NCBI GenBank assembly: GCA_002633005.1
Contig: NMRA01000010.1
Location: 1,739,232 to 1,803,231 of the forward strand
Source: Phoronis australis
Lineage: Eukaryota > Animalia > Phoronida
DNA: 64,000 nucleotides
Direction of reading: 5' to 3'
The position numbers and the translations under genes were made by a program. Positions within the stretch are counted from its first letter, which is position 1; every line of letters starts with the position of its first letter. A model generated the notes under the pieces. That model saw only the letters and a list, made by a program, of their open reading frames with translations, searched no databases and was not told the DNA's origin. Below, one piece after another: positions 1-13,663 of the stretch.

Positions 1-1446
1 TGATGTCTGTTTCAGTGACTGAGAACTACTTTCAATATTGCAATTAGTCTGTTTATTGCCTTCCAGGCCTCTTTAAATTGATCAGCTAAGTCCGAAACCA
101 TTTCATTCATAATAGCATTGTTTCGATTTGATTGGTCGTAATTTCTGTCATTTGAACAGTTTCCGATACTGTGCAATTATTTCCGGAACTGGCCCTGAAA
201 TTTTTTCTGTCATTGTTTTATGAAACGTTGTCCTGTTAAACAATCCAACTATAATAAGCAAAAAATCACAGTTTGAACCATATCACTGTAGTCAATTACG
301 TAGCAACGATTACGCATCTCCACTTAACCCCAGAATTATCCTCGTCGTATTTTTCCCGTAGCTAATGGTGCATTACACTTGCACGATTACTTACTTTTTT
401 CTACATTCTTAACTTGCCGAAACGCCACATTTGACAGGTTTCGTTTACTCGATACTGTGTGGGCAATCCAAATGTCACCCAATATGAAAACATCTTATTA
501 ATTCATGATGCGCAAAAATTCTATAGAATACACGCCTAAGGCTAGTTGCTTTCCCAGATCCGGTGGGATAGTCAAATGGTTAAAGCAAAAACGTTGCCCT
601 TTACATGCTTTGTAGCAGGCTCTGTTTATTTCGTGTAACGCTTCCGATCAACATAGCAAACATAGGCACATAGCATTAATACAAAAGCCATATTAGCCTA
701 TTCGAAAGAATTCAATTCGACATTAATCAAATATTTATCAACTAACTCAAGGTGTTTGAATCATGAGCCTGCAAAAAATCCTGAATACTATTTTGCCCAC
801 CTTATCAAATGCAGTTAAATGTAGCGTACGTAAATCAGAATAGATTATATTCTAGAGTAGAATGTATTTCTGGTTCCAAGATTAAGGCGAGGATAGACTA
901 CACATGTACCCTCTCTACCAAGATCACTAAACCTTCCCTGATCACTGCCAGCTTGGAGTCCGCGTAAAATAGGGGCCGATAACGTCGCCACAGGACACTT
1001 TATCGGCCTTTGTAGATGGACGGGGAAAGACCGGGCTAAAACCATGGCTAAAGCAGCAACGACTGGGGGCAAGAAAACTGGAAGGTTACCGGGGTAGGCT
1101 GAAGACTTTCAGTAGCTTGGGGATCCGAATAACCTTGATCCGTCGCTGCCATTAAGTAAAGAATACAACGAACGGTTTAATCTTGCGAGGGCATCTTTGT
1201 CCAAATTATTGTTCAAACATGTTTCAAGAACAAAATTACCTTTACCAATTGTTTCCACTGATAAATATTTATTAAAGAAAAAACAGAACATACAAGGAAT
1301 ATAATGACAAACCCAGAAATCGCGAAGCATTATATCCGGTTTGTAGACAGTAACTATTCAAATATTTATATATGCTATTAAGAACATATCTTTGTCCAAA
1401 TTATTCTCCCAACATGTTTCAATAGCAAAATTACTTTTAACAATTG

Positions 1447-1484
1447 TATACTATAACTACATACTATACTATATATACTATACT
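1447..1484. repeat. Degenerate (TATAC)n microsatellite
   Basis: tatactataactacatactatactatatatactatact read directly. Confidence 0.6.
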
Positions 1485-1613
1485 GTAAATTACGTTACTT
1501 TGATAACAATTTTAAACTGGCGAAACCAGTAGAGTAACTGAGAAAACATCTCCAAAGCCATATACACAGAACCCTTTTCCGGGCCTTTAATATGGCCAGT
1601 TTGACTCCTGAGC

Positions 1614-3451
1614 AAATCACAATCAAGGTCCATATTCGGTGGCCACTTTCGGTGAAAAATGGAGGTTGTCGTATAACTGTAAAAGCTGTGTTATTCTAAA
1701 GTACCATCATTCCAGGTTTGTAATCTAAAATATTTTTTCACAAGAACCACCGAATAAAATTTTATGGCCTAATGCATCACATCTGTATAAAAGGGTTTGT
1801 ACACTACAACTTGTGGTCACAGACCACTTCTACCATGCAAAAATTCATAAGGTAGCTGTTAATTTAATAAGTTCTTGATCAAATTGAAGAAGTATCACAT
1901 ACTACAGTAAGAAAAGTCATTACCGTGCTGATGAAGTTGTTCTAGATGATGATACATTGCATATCTTAATACCGTATAATGAGAACTTCTCTTGCAATAT
2001 GATTCTTACAAAAGGATTATGACAAGTAACTACTTTTTTCAGAAACTTTATTAGTGCTATTTGCTTAGTTTTCAATTCATTCACCAGTTGGTCAAAATAG
2101 TTAAAGCAATGCAAGGACCAGTGTTCCACTTGTGAACAGTAAAAATGGTACTGGTTGGGGGTTACGTACACTACGCACAGTGAATCAACGTCAAATTTTA
2201 ACTAAGGTACAAATGTATGGAATGGTCTCGAGTTTTGTGCTGCCTCTACTTGTTGGTTTGTTGCAAGTTGTCTTGAGAGATAGAGAACCAGCCTCTACAA
2301 CATCAGTTGTCACATGACGTCTTCTAGGATGTTAAGTACAAGCCAAGTCCTGTGTGGCATTTTTTGCCCACATATTTGATAATGTCCATTGTTTTTTGTC
2401 AGACTGGATTCATTTTGGAAATATCAGTATTGTTCATGAGAACAGCAGTTCTGGCAGTATGTAAAAATACTTGTGGGCAATACTTTATAGCACACATGTT
2501 GAAGGTACGTTCACTACATTTCAATGACTACACAAATGCTAATATTTCACTCAAAACAATTTTTTGCAACAAACACCCTTTTAACCTAACATGTTTAAGG
2601 AAGGAAACTGTCTATGACCAGTGTTGCTCACTTACCAAGTGATATTTTAATTTTATAGCATTTGTAAACATGGGGGTACGTACACTACAAAAGGGGGTGC
2701 GTGCACTACATCACTGTTTCTGCATCACATGGTAACATAATGTTGTATGGCCACTTATTTTTCTTTGATGATAATAAGCATCATGTTGTTATTTAAAAGG
2801 CAATACTTTCATTTGTAATGACCATTTGTGTTACTGACTTCCACATGGGGGTACGTACATTACATTTTGCTAGCCTTTTTGGCCCATTTTCAACATATCA
2901 GAACCCAATCAGTATCCAAACTTTTGGTTTATTTAGATATTGAATAATTTGCTGTGCTGCTTAGGCTAACATTTTCTGCAGTTCCTTTTATTACAGAGTG
3001 TGAACTTTAGGTTTTAACCATTTTTACAGTAGGTGAGGGTCAGAAACACAGAATTTACAAATTTCGTAACGAGTGCTTGTTTTACGATGAACCCTACCAT
3101 TTCTCAATGATTAAGCACAACTTCATCTAAGTTATTCTGAAAGTGACTCAAGTTATTCCCAGTAATATCTAAGCAATTGCTTACTTGATAAAATAAATTT
3201 CTTTTCTACTGTTGACAATTGAAAATTGTAATTTTTAAAATGGCCACTCGTAACGCTAAAAATGCTTGAAATTCATAGACAAAAACATGGATAAATTTCT
3301 TAGACATTGTCGGAATTTGATGATTCTTTTTTTAATTTGCACAACTAAATAACTCTTTGCATATGAGTTTCAGTTTGCATTTGGTAAGTGATCAAAATTA
3401 TTTGAGACCGTAACACAGTCAATTCTCGATTATGGACCTTGATTGTGATTT
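1614..3451. mobile_element. Non-autonomous TIR DNA transposon derivative, about 1.84 kb, superfamily unassigned
   Basis: aaatcacaatcaaggtccatattcg (1614-1638) is the reverse complement (24/25) of cgattatggaccttgattgtgattt (3427-3451). Internal motif g(g)tacgt(a/t)cactaca recurs near 2161, 2504, 2676, 2697 and 2851. No intact ORF. Confidence 0.65.
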
Positions 3452-4424
3452 AGCCGTCTTTATTTTTACTCGAATTTTAAACTATGGACCTAGGGTAGAT
3501 CACTAGTTGCTTGAACGGCGTATCAATAATCAAACTAAGACACTGAAGTCAAATGTTGTTCACTAAAGTATCGCCAAATGCCCCTACAGAATTTGCACGA
3601 GAAAATATTACGGAAAATTTTGAAGATCTATTTTAATTCAATGGTTTAATGAACAAAATAGTAGTACAATCCATGAGATGGCGCGGTGTTGCCAGAATGA
3701 TTATAGTGACAATGTATTCCATTCAGTTGACTGTATAACAGCAAAGCTTTAAAATTGTCTTACAGCGAACGGTTTAACGAAATTGAAGTCATAATGCTAA
3801 TATATAACAACTGAATATTTATACTTTACCGACGCAGATTTCAATTCACATTGAATTATCGCATGTTACAACCATACAATGACCAATTATTCAGGCATTC
3901 CATCATGTTAGTAAGACGGTTTCGAAAACACATATGTTCCCCATTTGGCGAAGTGAGCAAAAAGGTCCACCTCAGAGAAACAAAAAGTCCGGGAAAAGGA
4001 GACAAAAGTCCACTAAAAAGGCCAAGGCGCACAGTTCACAGCTCTGAAAGTGGTACCCCGTTTTTAGTCATCCCGCTTTTTTGTTAGCAAAATGTCCACT
4101 TCGTCAGAAATTCGAGCCCCCCCCCCACATTAAAGGCTGGGTGCGCGCATGAAGTAATGTACATTTTGTTCAGGTCAAATTAAAGCTTCCAGTTGTTGAG
4201 AATGCACAGTATTTGGTTTACAAGTTTTTCTCAACACGTGTTTATAAGGTAAGAAATAAACAATTATGTCATATGTTTACATTGTTTACGCCGGCTAGTA
4301 AACAGTCACACATGTGACACCAATCTACACTTATTTGCATACCAGCACTTTATCGTATGCTATTCATCAAATTAAAAAATATGGAGACTAAACCATTTCA
4401 ACACTAAAGAATCGGCAAAGGAAT

Positions 4425-4752
4425 CAGTGACGGACCTAGGATACCATAAGGGAGGGGGGTGGGGGCCCAACGTGTTGTCTCGGGGAATCGGGCAAAGTGC
4501 AATTGCATGTGTAGCTCAGACCAAAGTTGCGGGAGCCGGGTGTGTGAACCATCTATTCGGAAAACCTACCGGTGGACTAAAAAAATAAAAAATAAAAAAA
4601 CGGGAACACCGCGATCTGGGGGGGCACCCCCTTCTCCGCGTCCTAGTTGCTTACTCAATATTTCCTCGCGCTTCACGCTGTTGCTGTTCCATTTTTGCTT
4701 ACGGCAGCCAAGGGGGGCTGGCCCCCTGCCCCCCCGCCTAAATCCGCCTATG
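4425..4752. mobile_element. MITE with CAGTG(A/G)CGGA-type imperfect TIRs (hAT-like ends)
   Basis: Left end cagtgacggacctagg; right end cctaaatccgcctatg (reverse complement cataggcggatttagg). G/C-run subtermini; ggaat occurs directly on both flanks. Confidence 0.6.
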
Positions 4753-7017
4753 GGAATGCAGACAAAAGATGATTTTGAGGTAACATTTATCACAAATTAT
4801 GTCGATAAATTCCGTAACTGTGCTTTGAATAGTTTCACAAAAAGTATTTTCATCCCAGAGCACATGAACTAAAGTCAGGTCAGTAACACTAACAGGTGGC
4901 CGAAATGTGACGATGGTAGTTGGTACTATTGCGGATTTTTTCACGTCTGATTACTGGAATTAAAGTTATGAAAGTTGTCTACTACACTTGACGGGATTTA
5001 CGACGTTTGGTTTTTATATTTGGAAAGAAAACGTCACTTAGTGCATAGCAAAGCATGTAAATTTGTAACCTTTGATACCCTCCGGTTTTGCAAATTTAAT
5101 ACATAGATCACCATCACTGTTGCATGGAGTTTTGCCACATTCATCAAACCAGAAGCTGATAAAAATTATTATAATTAGTTGAACAATCTCACCTTTTGAA
5201 AGAGTTCCAACGCTTGGATCTTCGGCCCACAATTGTCTAATCAAATAACGGTTGCAATCCTGCCTTTATAGGCGCTAGCAGACGGATCTTTGCGGTCACG
5301 TGATCACGGCTGTTCCGGCGCCGTGTCGATCACGATGATTCACCAATCGTCAGCTATATTTTTCAGACACTGTCAGGTACGCGTTTGGAGTGTGAAATGC
5401 ATGGATTAAGATGTACCGTGGAGTGAACACTTCCGTGGATAGAAACCATGATAATTTAATGTTTGAACCGTTGTGTGAAGTATGCAAGTTGCTGAGACTG
5501 AAGCCACGCTGCGGCATTCGATAAGATGTTTTACCTTATTAGGCAAAATAACTCCTACGGCTTTGATGGGCTGATACACTTCCAGCGAATGGTCAGCGTA
5601 TGACACACGGCAATTGCTAACGGTCAATTAGCTTAAATTATTATGAACTTCCGATAATATTAATGATAGCAAATGATATCCCTGGAGAAATGGTGCAATT
5701 TCCTAATGCTGTACATTCTAACAAGCACCGCAACATTGAACAAACAATTATTCAACTACTGAAAGTTTTGAGCCGCGAAATCCAAAACGCCCGTTACATT
5801 GCTTTCTTTTTTGGCGAGATGTTTCAGTTTACGACTGGAAAACAACGTGGTGATGGTGTCGGAGCTAATGGATGAAAACATTGTTTGCGTTAAGTGTCAA
5901 AATGAAGGCCACAAATTTAAAGCTGCCTTTCGCCTTATTTAACTGGCTAAAAAAGACAACTGAATTAGGAAATTTACTCTAAAAATCGGTTTCGTGATGA
6001 CATTACATTTACGTTGCCAATAAGACCGTGGAAACTAGGGACTAAACAGAATTGTTCTCTTAAAAGAGTTTATTGGGGTTAGCCCATCCTAAAATTGCGA
6101 ATTTGAAAGTGGCGCGTGTACGTACTACATGTGACTTGGGTTGCGGTCTCATTCGACAATAATTCAAGATCGGATCAAATGTGAAATCGTTTTTAAACGC
6201 AAAACGATTCGGTTAAGAAATCGGAAATTCCACCTGCGGCAACACCTAATCTCTAGCGGCGCTGATGGTCGTTTTCAAATGCATTATGGGCCTGCTGTTG
6301 GTTCGTAAACATCCAGTGACATCAAAGATTACTTGGCAACTTGTAAACATTACAGACAACAACGTTTCTAAACTGTAGCAACATGTTTCAGCGGCAAAAC
6401 ATGCATCAGTGTCATGCTTTGACCAGAGAATGGATGCCTGGATGGCTGCAGGTACAAAGAAAATTCCAAAACACGCAAAAATACCAGGACAGGATTGGCT
6501 AGTAACAAGCGAATCACAACTCAGTTTAACAGCGTCAACGACCCATGGGAAACCTGTGTATTGATTGAGGGCGTTTCCAAACACCGAATTTGAATGGCTT
6601 CACACAGTTTCAAGCGATAGCCATTAGTATCATTGTCAATAATCGTAAAGCTTTCTTCCCCAGCAGCCTCTCTACAAGCAGCATCTTGTTTTTCAAGTGT
6701 CTAAAGATATGTGAATTCTTATCGCTAACTAGTGTTCCTTAATCCTTGTAGTCAAGTGGCGAGTTGTGTACAATCAAATACATACACTATATGGGATTTT
6801 AGCACGAAAAGAACCTTATCTTTAACACCAAGTAAATTTGCACGACTGAAATACAAGCTGAAAAATATCGACAGAAAACAATACTTGTCACCTGAGCTCA
6901 CGACAATGGAAAGCACAGGTCCATTGTTTTTAGTAAGCGTTTGACTAAACAACCATAATACAAATGTAAAAATAAACAGTGAGCCTCAAAATGTATATAA
7001 TCGATACATAGATTTAA

Positions 7018-8112
7018 AGAGTTCCCACCACGACCATGTGTCTCAAAAAGAATTTTATTAATACATCTTAAGAGATTTAATAGCCTTAGTATACCTGTTG
7101 CTAAGAAATCAGACAAAAATTGAAAAGAAATGTATTTTTCTGTTAGCGGGCTTTTACGTAATGGAAGACCGTCTCTGCCGTTGTTTTTACCAGTGCGATA
7201 CTGAGGAGTTATGGGAAAGTCCTCGGAGAGCCGCCTTTTTCAGTCATGAAAAGGTGAGTTTGTACTGAGTCTGTAGTAACAGAAGTTTGACTGAGAACGT
7301 CTCTGTGTTCAAATTTCTTAAATACGTGAAAGTTGAACCGAAATGACATCAGTTTGTGCGTCGCACGATAGGGTGGAATGTCAATGTGGAACATGCGGTT
7401 CAGTTTTAAGTCACCTTTTGTTCAGCACATTTCAAGGAATCGTGTTTTGACCAAAACATGAGCGGCGTTACGATGAAGGACTCGCCACCTTTTAAGTGTA
7501 TTTGTAAATTATATAATTAATTAACAAACTTCTTCCATTCAAGAGCCAGTGATGCCAGGCCCTCGACCCTCGCACTGTGTTTAGACCCTGTTCATTCCAG
7601 CATGGCAATAGTGAATACGCGTGACTCAGGTGTACCCTGGCCCTTGTCAGTGATTATTAATTGTCTATTTTGTGAATATTGACCACCCTGGTAAAGTTGG
7701 TAGTAGCTCATGTAATAATACATTGTGTGTCTGCAACTTTTCTCATACAAGTGGGTCGAATTCATGCGGTCTCAAAGCCGATGAAAGTTTGCCAAGTGGG
7801 AAATCGAATTCATTGTCCGATTCTTCAAGTGAGTGTGATGCCCGTATCCATTCTCCTCTCTGCCTGCATAATGTTTGTCCAGTTCTCGCTCAAAATCGTC
7901 TTCGTTCCCTGATCTGCCTTGTTCCGCCATTTTCAAGTGACCAAACGTCTCAGTACCACCCATTACATCATTTGGAAATATTTTTTTCTTTAAAATTAAA
8001 ACATTCGCGACTATTTGGCATAAAAATGCTTATTTAATTAGATTTTATGGTATTCATTTCATATTAGCGAACTGAAACCCCAAAAACTAAGAAAATGCAT
8101 GGTGGGAACTCT
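7018..8112. mobile_element. Kolobok-superfamily DNA transposon deletion derivative (1095 bp)
   Basis: TTAA TSD at 7014-7017 and 8113-8116; perfect 13-bp TIR AGAGTTCCCACCA/TGGTGGGAACTCT beginning with RR; THAP remnant on plus and an acidic ORF remnant with LRPHEFDP (resembling the PYxFEP motif) on minus. Confidence 0.8.
7246..7460 (+). pseudogene. Degenerate THAP zinc-finger coding sequence inside the Kolobok element
   Basis: Manual translation with one frameshift and several stops: MKR*VCTE/CSNRSLTENVSVFKFLK...K*HQFVRRTIGW...FCSAHFKESCFD, matching the C2CH THAP pattern. Confidence 0.7.
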
Positions 8113-10325
8113 TTAAACGCGCGAAAGATTCTCGAGGCATGTGCCATCCTATCACACTAAGGCAAATCTCACCACCTAAAACGCTAGGCCTGCGTTACGT
8201 ATACCCAAGAAAATCGCAAAATTGCGAACGGGGTCAAATTAAGTATACTTTCTGAGTTCACCCACGTCATCGAACTTTCAGTGATGTTCACCGGATGTCA
8301 CGAACCGACAAGAATGCATTTGAAAAACGACACCAGCGCGTAGGTGAAATCCCGCATTCAACATTGGCAGCTAAACTGTTGCGAAATGCCCCTAAAAGTA
8401 CATCTTCCAAAATTACTTATCGTGCATATGAATAGTCGGCAAGAAAAGTAATTTTTTGAGAGCAGTCTCATCGCAGCTTAACGCTCTGTTGGGGGATTAA
8501 ACCCCACTCTATGAATGGCAGTGTGTTCGATTGGCAACATCAACGTCCTAGATAATTTCAGCGAATGTCTAGCAGACAACAAATGGCGATTTGTTATAAG
8601 ATCGCAAAATCGCAACGGATAGCGTGGCTTTACAGCTGCGATCAAAGCTTATGACTTAAAGAAGACCACCCCATCCACCAATAATCCCCAAATAAAATAG
8701 TATTACGTTTTTCAGCCATAAGGCTGATAAAGTCCTCTTAAAGTTGTGTTTCCGCACATGAAATTACTGACAAGTTATCTCGAAATACTAGATTTTTAAA
8801 TTTATTTTCCTCAGTCTGTCCCTGACCTGTATCATTTAAATAATTGATCATGCACGAGTCGTCAATAATGCAAGAAATGAATTTAGAGAGAGTAATGGAT
8901 ATTAAAAGTGAACTAACTTGGCTAAAAGGTTTTGATGACATTAGACCTCACATTCACTAAAATTGCGTTTAAAAAGTCAATCGTGTGAAACTTGTGATCT
9001 TGATTGATACGAATCAATATCTAGGTGAGCATTTAAAATGTTGACACATCAATAATTAAGAAGAAAAATATATCATCACTTACAGTCACAGTGACCTCAT
9101 GCCAACTTAACAAAACATAAACCACGTAGATGTAATTAGGTGACATTTCAAAGCACAATTTCAAAGTTGTATGCTTAGATAGAATTGCTTTGGTAAGCTT
9201 CAGTTTGGCCTGAGGAGGATGTTACCTTTTTGAGGGCGTTTTTGATCAATTTTGCATGTTTTAATTACTAAATTTTGAGTCATATCAAACAATTTCAGTA
9301 AAAATGATATTATTTAAAATAGCAATTGTTTAAACGGCAAGAGGCAAGGTACTGAGCATGTTGTGAAAACGTCAATTTATCCGAGTAAAGTCTGTGGTTC
9401 TTCGCTCTTGCATTCTGATTCACACGTCCCGCATCCCATTTGAAACACTATTTTATGTTTTTTTTTATAAAATTTGACTACAAAGTGAGAAGAACATGTC
9501 ATATTTTCTAGAAACCCCATCCAGAAGATAGTATTATACTTTGAAGGCACCTGAGTTTTTATTTCCCTTCTGTCTATTTCAGTTTTTCTGCTTCGTTATA
9601 CTCGTTCGACGGTATATTAAAATTTATAAATGTGAAGGTTTCCATTAGAACAAATTTTGGGAGCCAGGTGCGAAGAAGTGAGTTAGTTTTCGATTTATTA
9701 CACCACTTTATATTCATCAATTCAGAACAAATGATCAGTTTCGTGAGTCGAAAGATATCACTTGTACATTCATATTTCGCAACTTTCGGCCCCGTTTGTC
9801 TTTGCCTTATATTACTATTTTTCGAAAAGTGGGAGAGGCTTAAGTGGAAACACCATTACATATCGAGTTCGTTCGCTACAAAGTTCGTCCATTTGCGTGT
9901 GACGTTTTCGTGTACGTGCGAGATTTTGGTTCCGTTATTTTTACTTTTTCTTATACATTTATCTTTAAAGTATAAGTATAAGTATCAAAATGTGTGTGAG
10001 ATTTGACTTTACTTTACTTTTTCGGAATAAACTTGACGTTCTGAACGAAATCCATTTTATGAGGTATCAAACAAAAATGAAATGCAAAGAATATCTTTAA
10101 GACTCAAAAGACATAACACCAAAAAATTGTCTCAGTAAAGACGGAAATTTGGATTACGTTAAGACCGAAGACGAACATTCATGAAAGACCGTTTCATAAA
10201 CCAAGACGGTTTTTGGTCTTTGGTCTTAGCACAAATTGAGGCTTTGCCGCAAGAGATGGTATTAAACGCGGGTTCGCCACCTGCTGGTTATTCACAAAAC
10301 TAATCATGGCGATGTGTGAAATAAA

Positions 10326-10556
10326 GTCTGTTTCAAGAAAACTGACTCAGCTAAGACAAATCTTAAATTTCAGTCATTTTTAAGATAAAACTTAATTTCG
10401 AGAAAGTGATCTTAATTTAGAGTAAGATTTTGACTTAAGTTTTTTACTTAAGTTCAACTAACTCACCGCATGTGGAAGTTTCAAATTTTAGAAGTTGAGA
10501 CAAATCTTAGACTTAAATCAAAAACGAGCTTACGTCAGTTTTTTGGAATGAAACCT
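10326..10556. mobile_element. MITE (CTTAAG-rich family, also at 58654-58727 and related to 31363-31636)
   Basis: Ends gtctgtttcaagaaaactgac and gtcagttttttggaatgaaacc are imperfect inverted repeats; the first 70 bp match the reverse complement of 58654-58727. Confidence 0.55.
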
Positions 10557-13263
10557 TGAGCTATAAACTCTAATGGGATTCATTTATATCATCTGGAGCC
10601 GTAAGTACCACTGGAATCCTGTTTACTTGAAAAGACTCCGGTATGATGCAAAATATCACTTCAGACATGCAATATCAGAATAATTACGCAAAGTTGATGT
10701 ACATTAAACATATGTATTCAGTCAAATTGGCGAAAATATTGAAAATTTGGATTTTGAAAAACTAAAACCTCTGTCTGTGTGTATCAATGCTCTGACCAAA
10801 CTTCGTTTGATATAGATGTTCAAGATGGAATCTTAAAAGCGCTGTTACAGTTTTAAAAATTATCAATTCGTTATCATTTTATTCAATTTTTGAGCTCTTT
10901 TCTTCTTAAAAATCATAAAAATCCTATATTTGATAGCCCTTCGTGCATTTTATAAACAGCTTCTAACAGCGTTTCATAGATCAGAGCATAAAGCACGGTG
11001 GCTGAACTTTTCACATGTATCCAGTTAGCCATTTCTGAGATATGATGTCTTTAGAAGTTAACCAAATTCAGATGTTTTTCTAGGGTCCCAAAAAACCTTA
11101 CAATTGCCTTTATGCAAATGCAATATTTGATCTGACAGCTCATTAAATGTCTCATAAAGGCTTCGGATCACGCCTCATACATGTAGTCAAATCCTTTCCA
11201 AAAATTCGGATCCATACACAGACATTGAAAACGCATTGACAAATCACGTGGTGATATTTTAAATCTCACGGTTGATCCCACTTATTATTTTAAGTTAGGA
11301 GTAGTTCAGGGTGCATGGTCTTTTTGGTACCCCTCTAAGCCCGTCTCTGTGAGATTCCCATGAAGCCCACGATATCTCGCGTGGACTTGTGCATAGGCAT
11401 GATAGGTTGGTTGCGGATGGGTTACACCAGAATTAACTTTAACAGGTCTAAATGCCTAAAATTTCTTCGACGGAAGGACCCATGACCCCCAAGCGATAGT
11501 TTTAGTCCCACGCTCCTTCTTGGATGGCCACTGTCATTCAACCAGAATCGACGGGCGATCCCTTACAGATTTTAAAGAATGTCTTCCATGTCAATATGCA
11601 AAAGCACGAAATGAGTGTAGTTTTTATGCATTGGGTTGATGTGACTGAGATCAGAATGTTAACAATGACAATTGTGAGCCGAATGCAGCGCACTGAACAT
11701 GAGAAGAATGAATCCTATTTTTCCGACATGTAATCGCGAGAGTGAACCTCTGATGGGGTTGGCGGCACTGGTCACGTAATGCGTTGGTTGAATACCAGCC
11801 ACGTTTAAGGCGACGTTGTACTCACAGACTTCATCTGGGTTCAAGCCTGTCGAAAGGAAACTGTTTATAAGTATAAGGAAGCCTCATTTTCAAACAAATT
11901 CATCAAAATTGTCACATCTCAAACAGACTGAGGTTGTCATATTTTCTGAGCTAGACTCCTTGAACCATCTTTTAATTTTTAGCAGATCGGTTTTCATATG
12001 ATTGCGATAGATGAAAGTTTGTCACAAACGAACGCAAACACAACTTGCAATTTATAGGAGCTAGGATGTTGGGTAAGACAGAACCACATATATTGTGTCT
12101 TAAATAACTTTGGAGATAAATTGAGACATTGTCTGGGGAATACGTTAAACGGGTAAACACATTATTTTCGAAATCGGAAGATGGCGTCTTTAAAATTTTT
12201 CAAGTCCGTTGTGATGTGTTGGTAATGTAATGCAATTTCTACGATAGTCTTTTATTTATCTTCGTCCTGAATGTGACTTCAATCAATGACCTGAGAGTCA
12301 TCTAATCAGCGCGATTTCAGATCCTCGTACATTTCGTTTATGTAATTATTTAATGCCGTTACAACTTGCTTTGCCGAGTTCGTGCATGTGCCGTGTACCC
12401 ATTTGGAACACATCCGGAATTTTGTTGGCCTAAAATGTCATCCGGAACACTTTGAGAACTTTCGTTGCCTCGCATCTCCTCTCGTCTGCGAACTTTAGTC
12501 ATACAACCAATCATTCATCAGTTTGAAAGTCACATGATTTGTTATATGAGAGAAGTACGCACATGCGCAGATAACCTTTGAGGTTACGAAAATAACCAAG
12601 GTCTACTGTGCACACGCCCTCCTTGCGATCAACCACCGTAATGCTGTATTCCCAGAGGCCAAGATTTAACAATATTACGTTTCGTGTGAGTTGAATTGTG
12701 AAATGGCAAGCTGAAAACAACATTGACTGACGCATAAAGAATACCTGGTATGGTGAATTCCAACACGACTGTAGGTCATGAAATATTCACTAGGTGTGTT
12801 AAGTTTAATAGGATTTTTATTGGCTTGGAAGCCTGAAACAGTCAATGTTTTTTAAATGATTAACCTGTTTTGTCACGGTCGCACTGTACGGTTTTTCCAG
12901 GTCTATTTTGTGTGTCTTTAGTGTGATTTCCATAGGGGGTAAACGAAGCCAATACAATAGCAAACGGAAAGTGATGAATACATATATTATCATGAGAAAT
13001 ATCTTTGTTGCAGCGATCCGTCAAGTGGTGCATTTGAGGTGCATGTGGACGAAAAGCGTTTGTGGAGGTGCTTGAGATCTAGTTTGGTATTTCAAAAATA
13101 AACCTCATTTAAAGCTAGCTAACTGAACGAAAGGGTCCGTGCATGGTCTGATAGCAATGGCATTACGCCATCACAGGACACGATACAATCGTTGAACAAT
13201 CGTAATACCAAGCTGAAGACAAGTTCCGAGAAACAGCCTAGGCCTCTGATACAATCAACCTAC

Positions 13264-13663
13264 CCATTATTTTGAAATAATATAACCCAATGTCTTCTTG
13301 CGTCACATCTTGCAATTGCCAACGGAGATATGTGATTGGTCCATTGGTGATCGACGTAAAGAGAAGCCTGCCAACAAAAGATCCGTAGTTTTTAGAACGT
13401 GGCCTAAACAAATCGAGAGTGAGTCTCATTTTCAAATAGCCGGCTTCCGGGGCAGTGCGGTTGAGTTTGAACAAATCTACGTAATTAATAAACTCTAACC
13501 CTTGTATTCTTAGTTCAAATACTGGATCTTCTTCGATCTCAACAAAAATGTTGCGAGGAGGGTATATTTTATACGAAAACTTGTAATCCAGGAAGTTTCG
13601 AACGCTGCTAATTGCAGAACCAATCAAAATCAATTTTATCAGAGTGCAATGATGGAAGTCCAT
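13264..13663 (-). CDS. Probable first coding exon: signal peptide plus Ig V-set-like domain lacking the canonical cysteines
   Basis: ATG at 13663; hydrophobic N-terminus LIKLILIGSAISS; F-strand motif LRWQLQDVTQEDIGLYYF (LxxVxxEDxGxYxC with C replaced by F); phase-1 donor ATG G|GTAGGT at 13263. Downstream exons unresolved. Confidence 0.55.

Noticed and set aside
845-1447. GC-richer ORF 845-1072 and a roughly 60-bp dispersed duplication (about 1194 and 1388)
   Set aside because: No domain or coherent exon structure; the duplication looks like a local rearrangement.
6246-6584. 112-aa minus-strand ORF
   Set aside because: Non-ATG start, no recognisable domain and no splice support.
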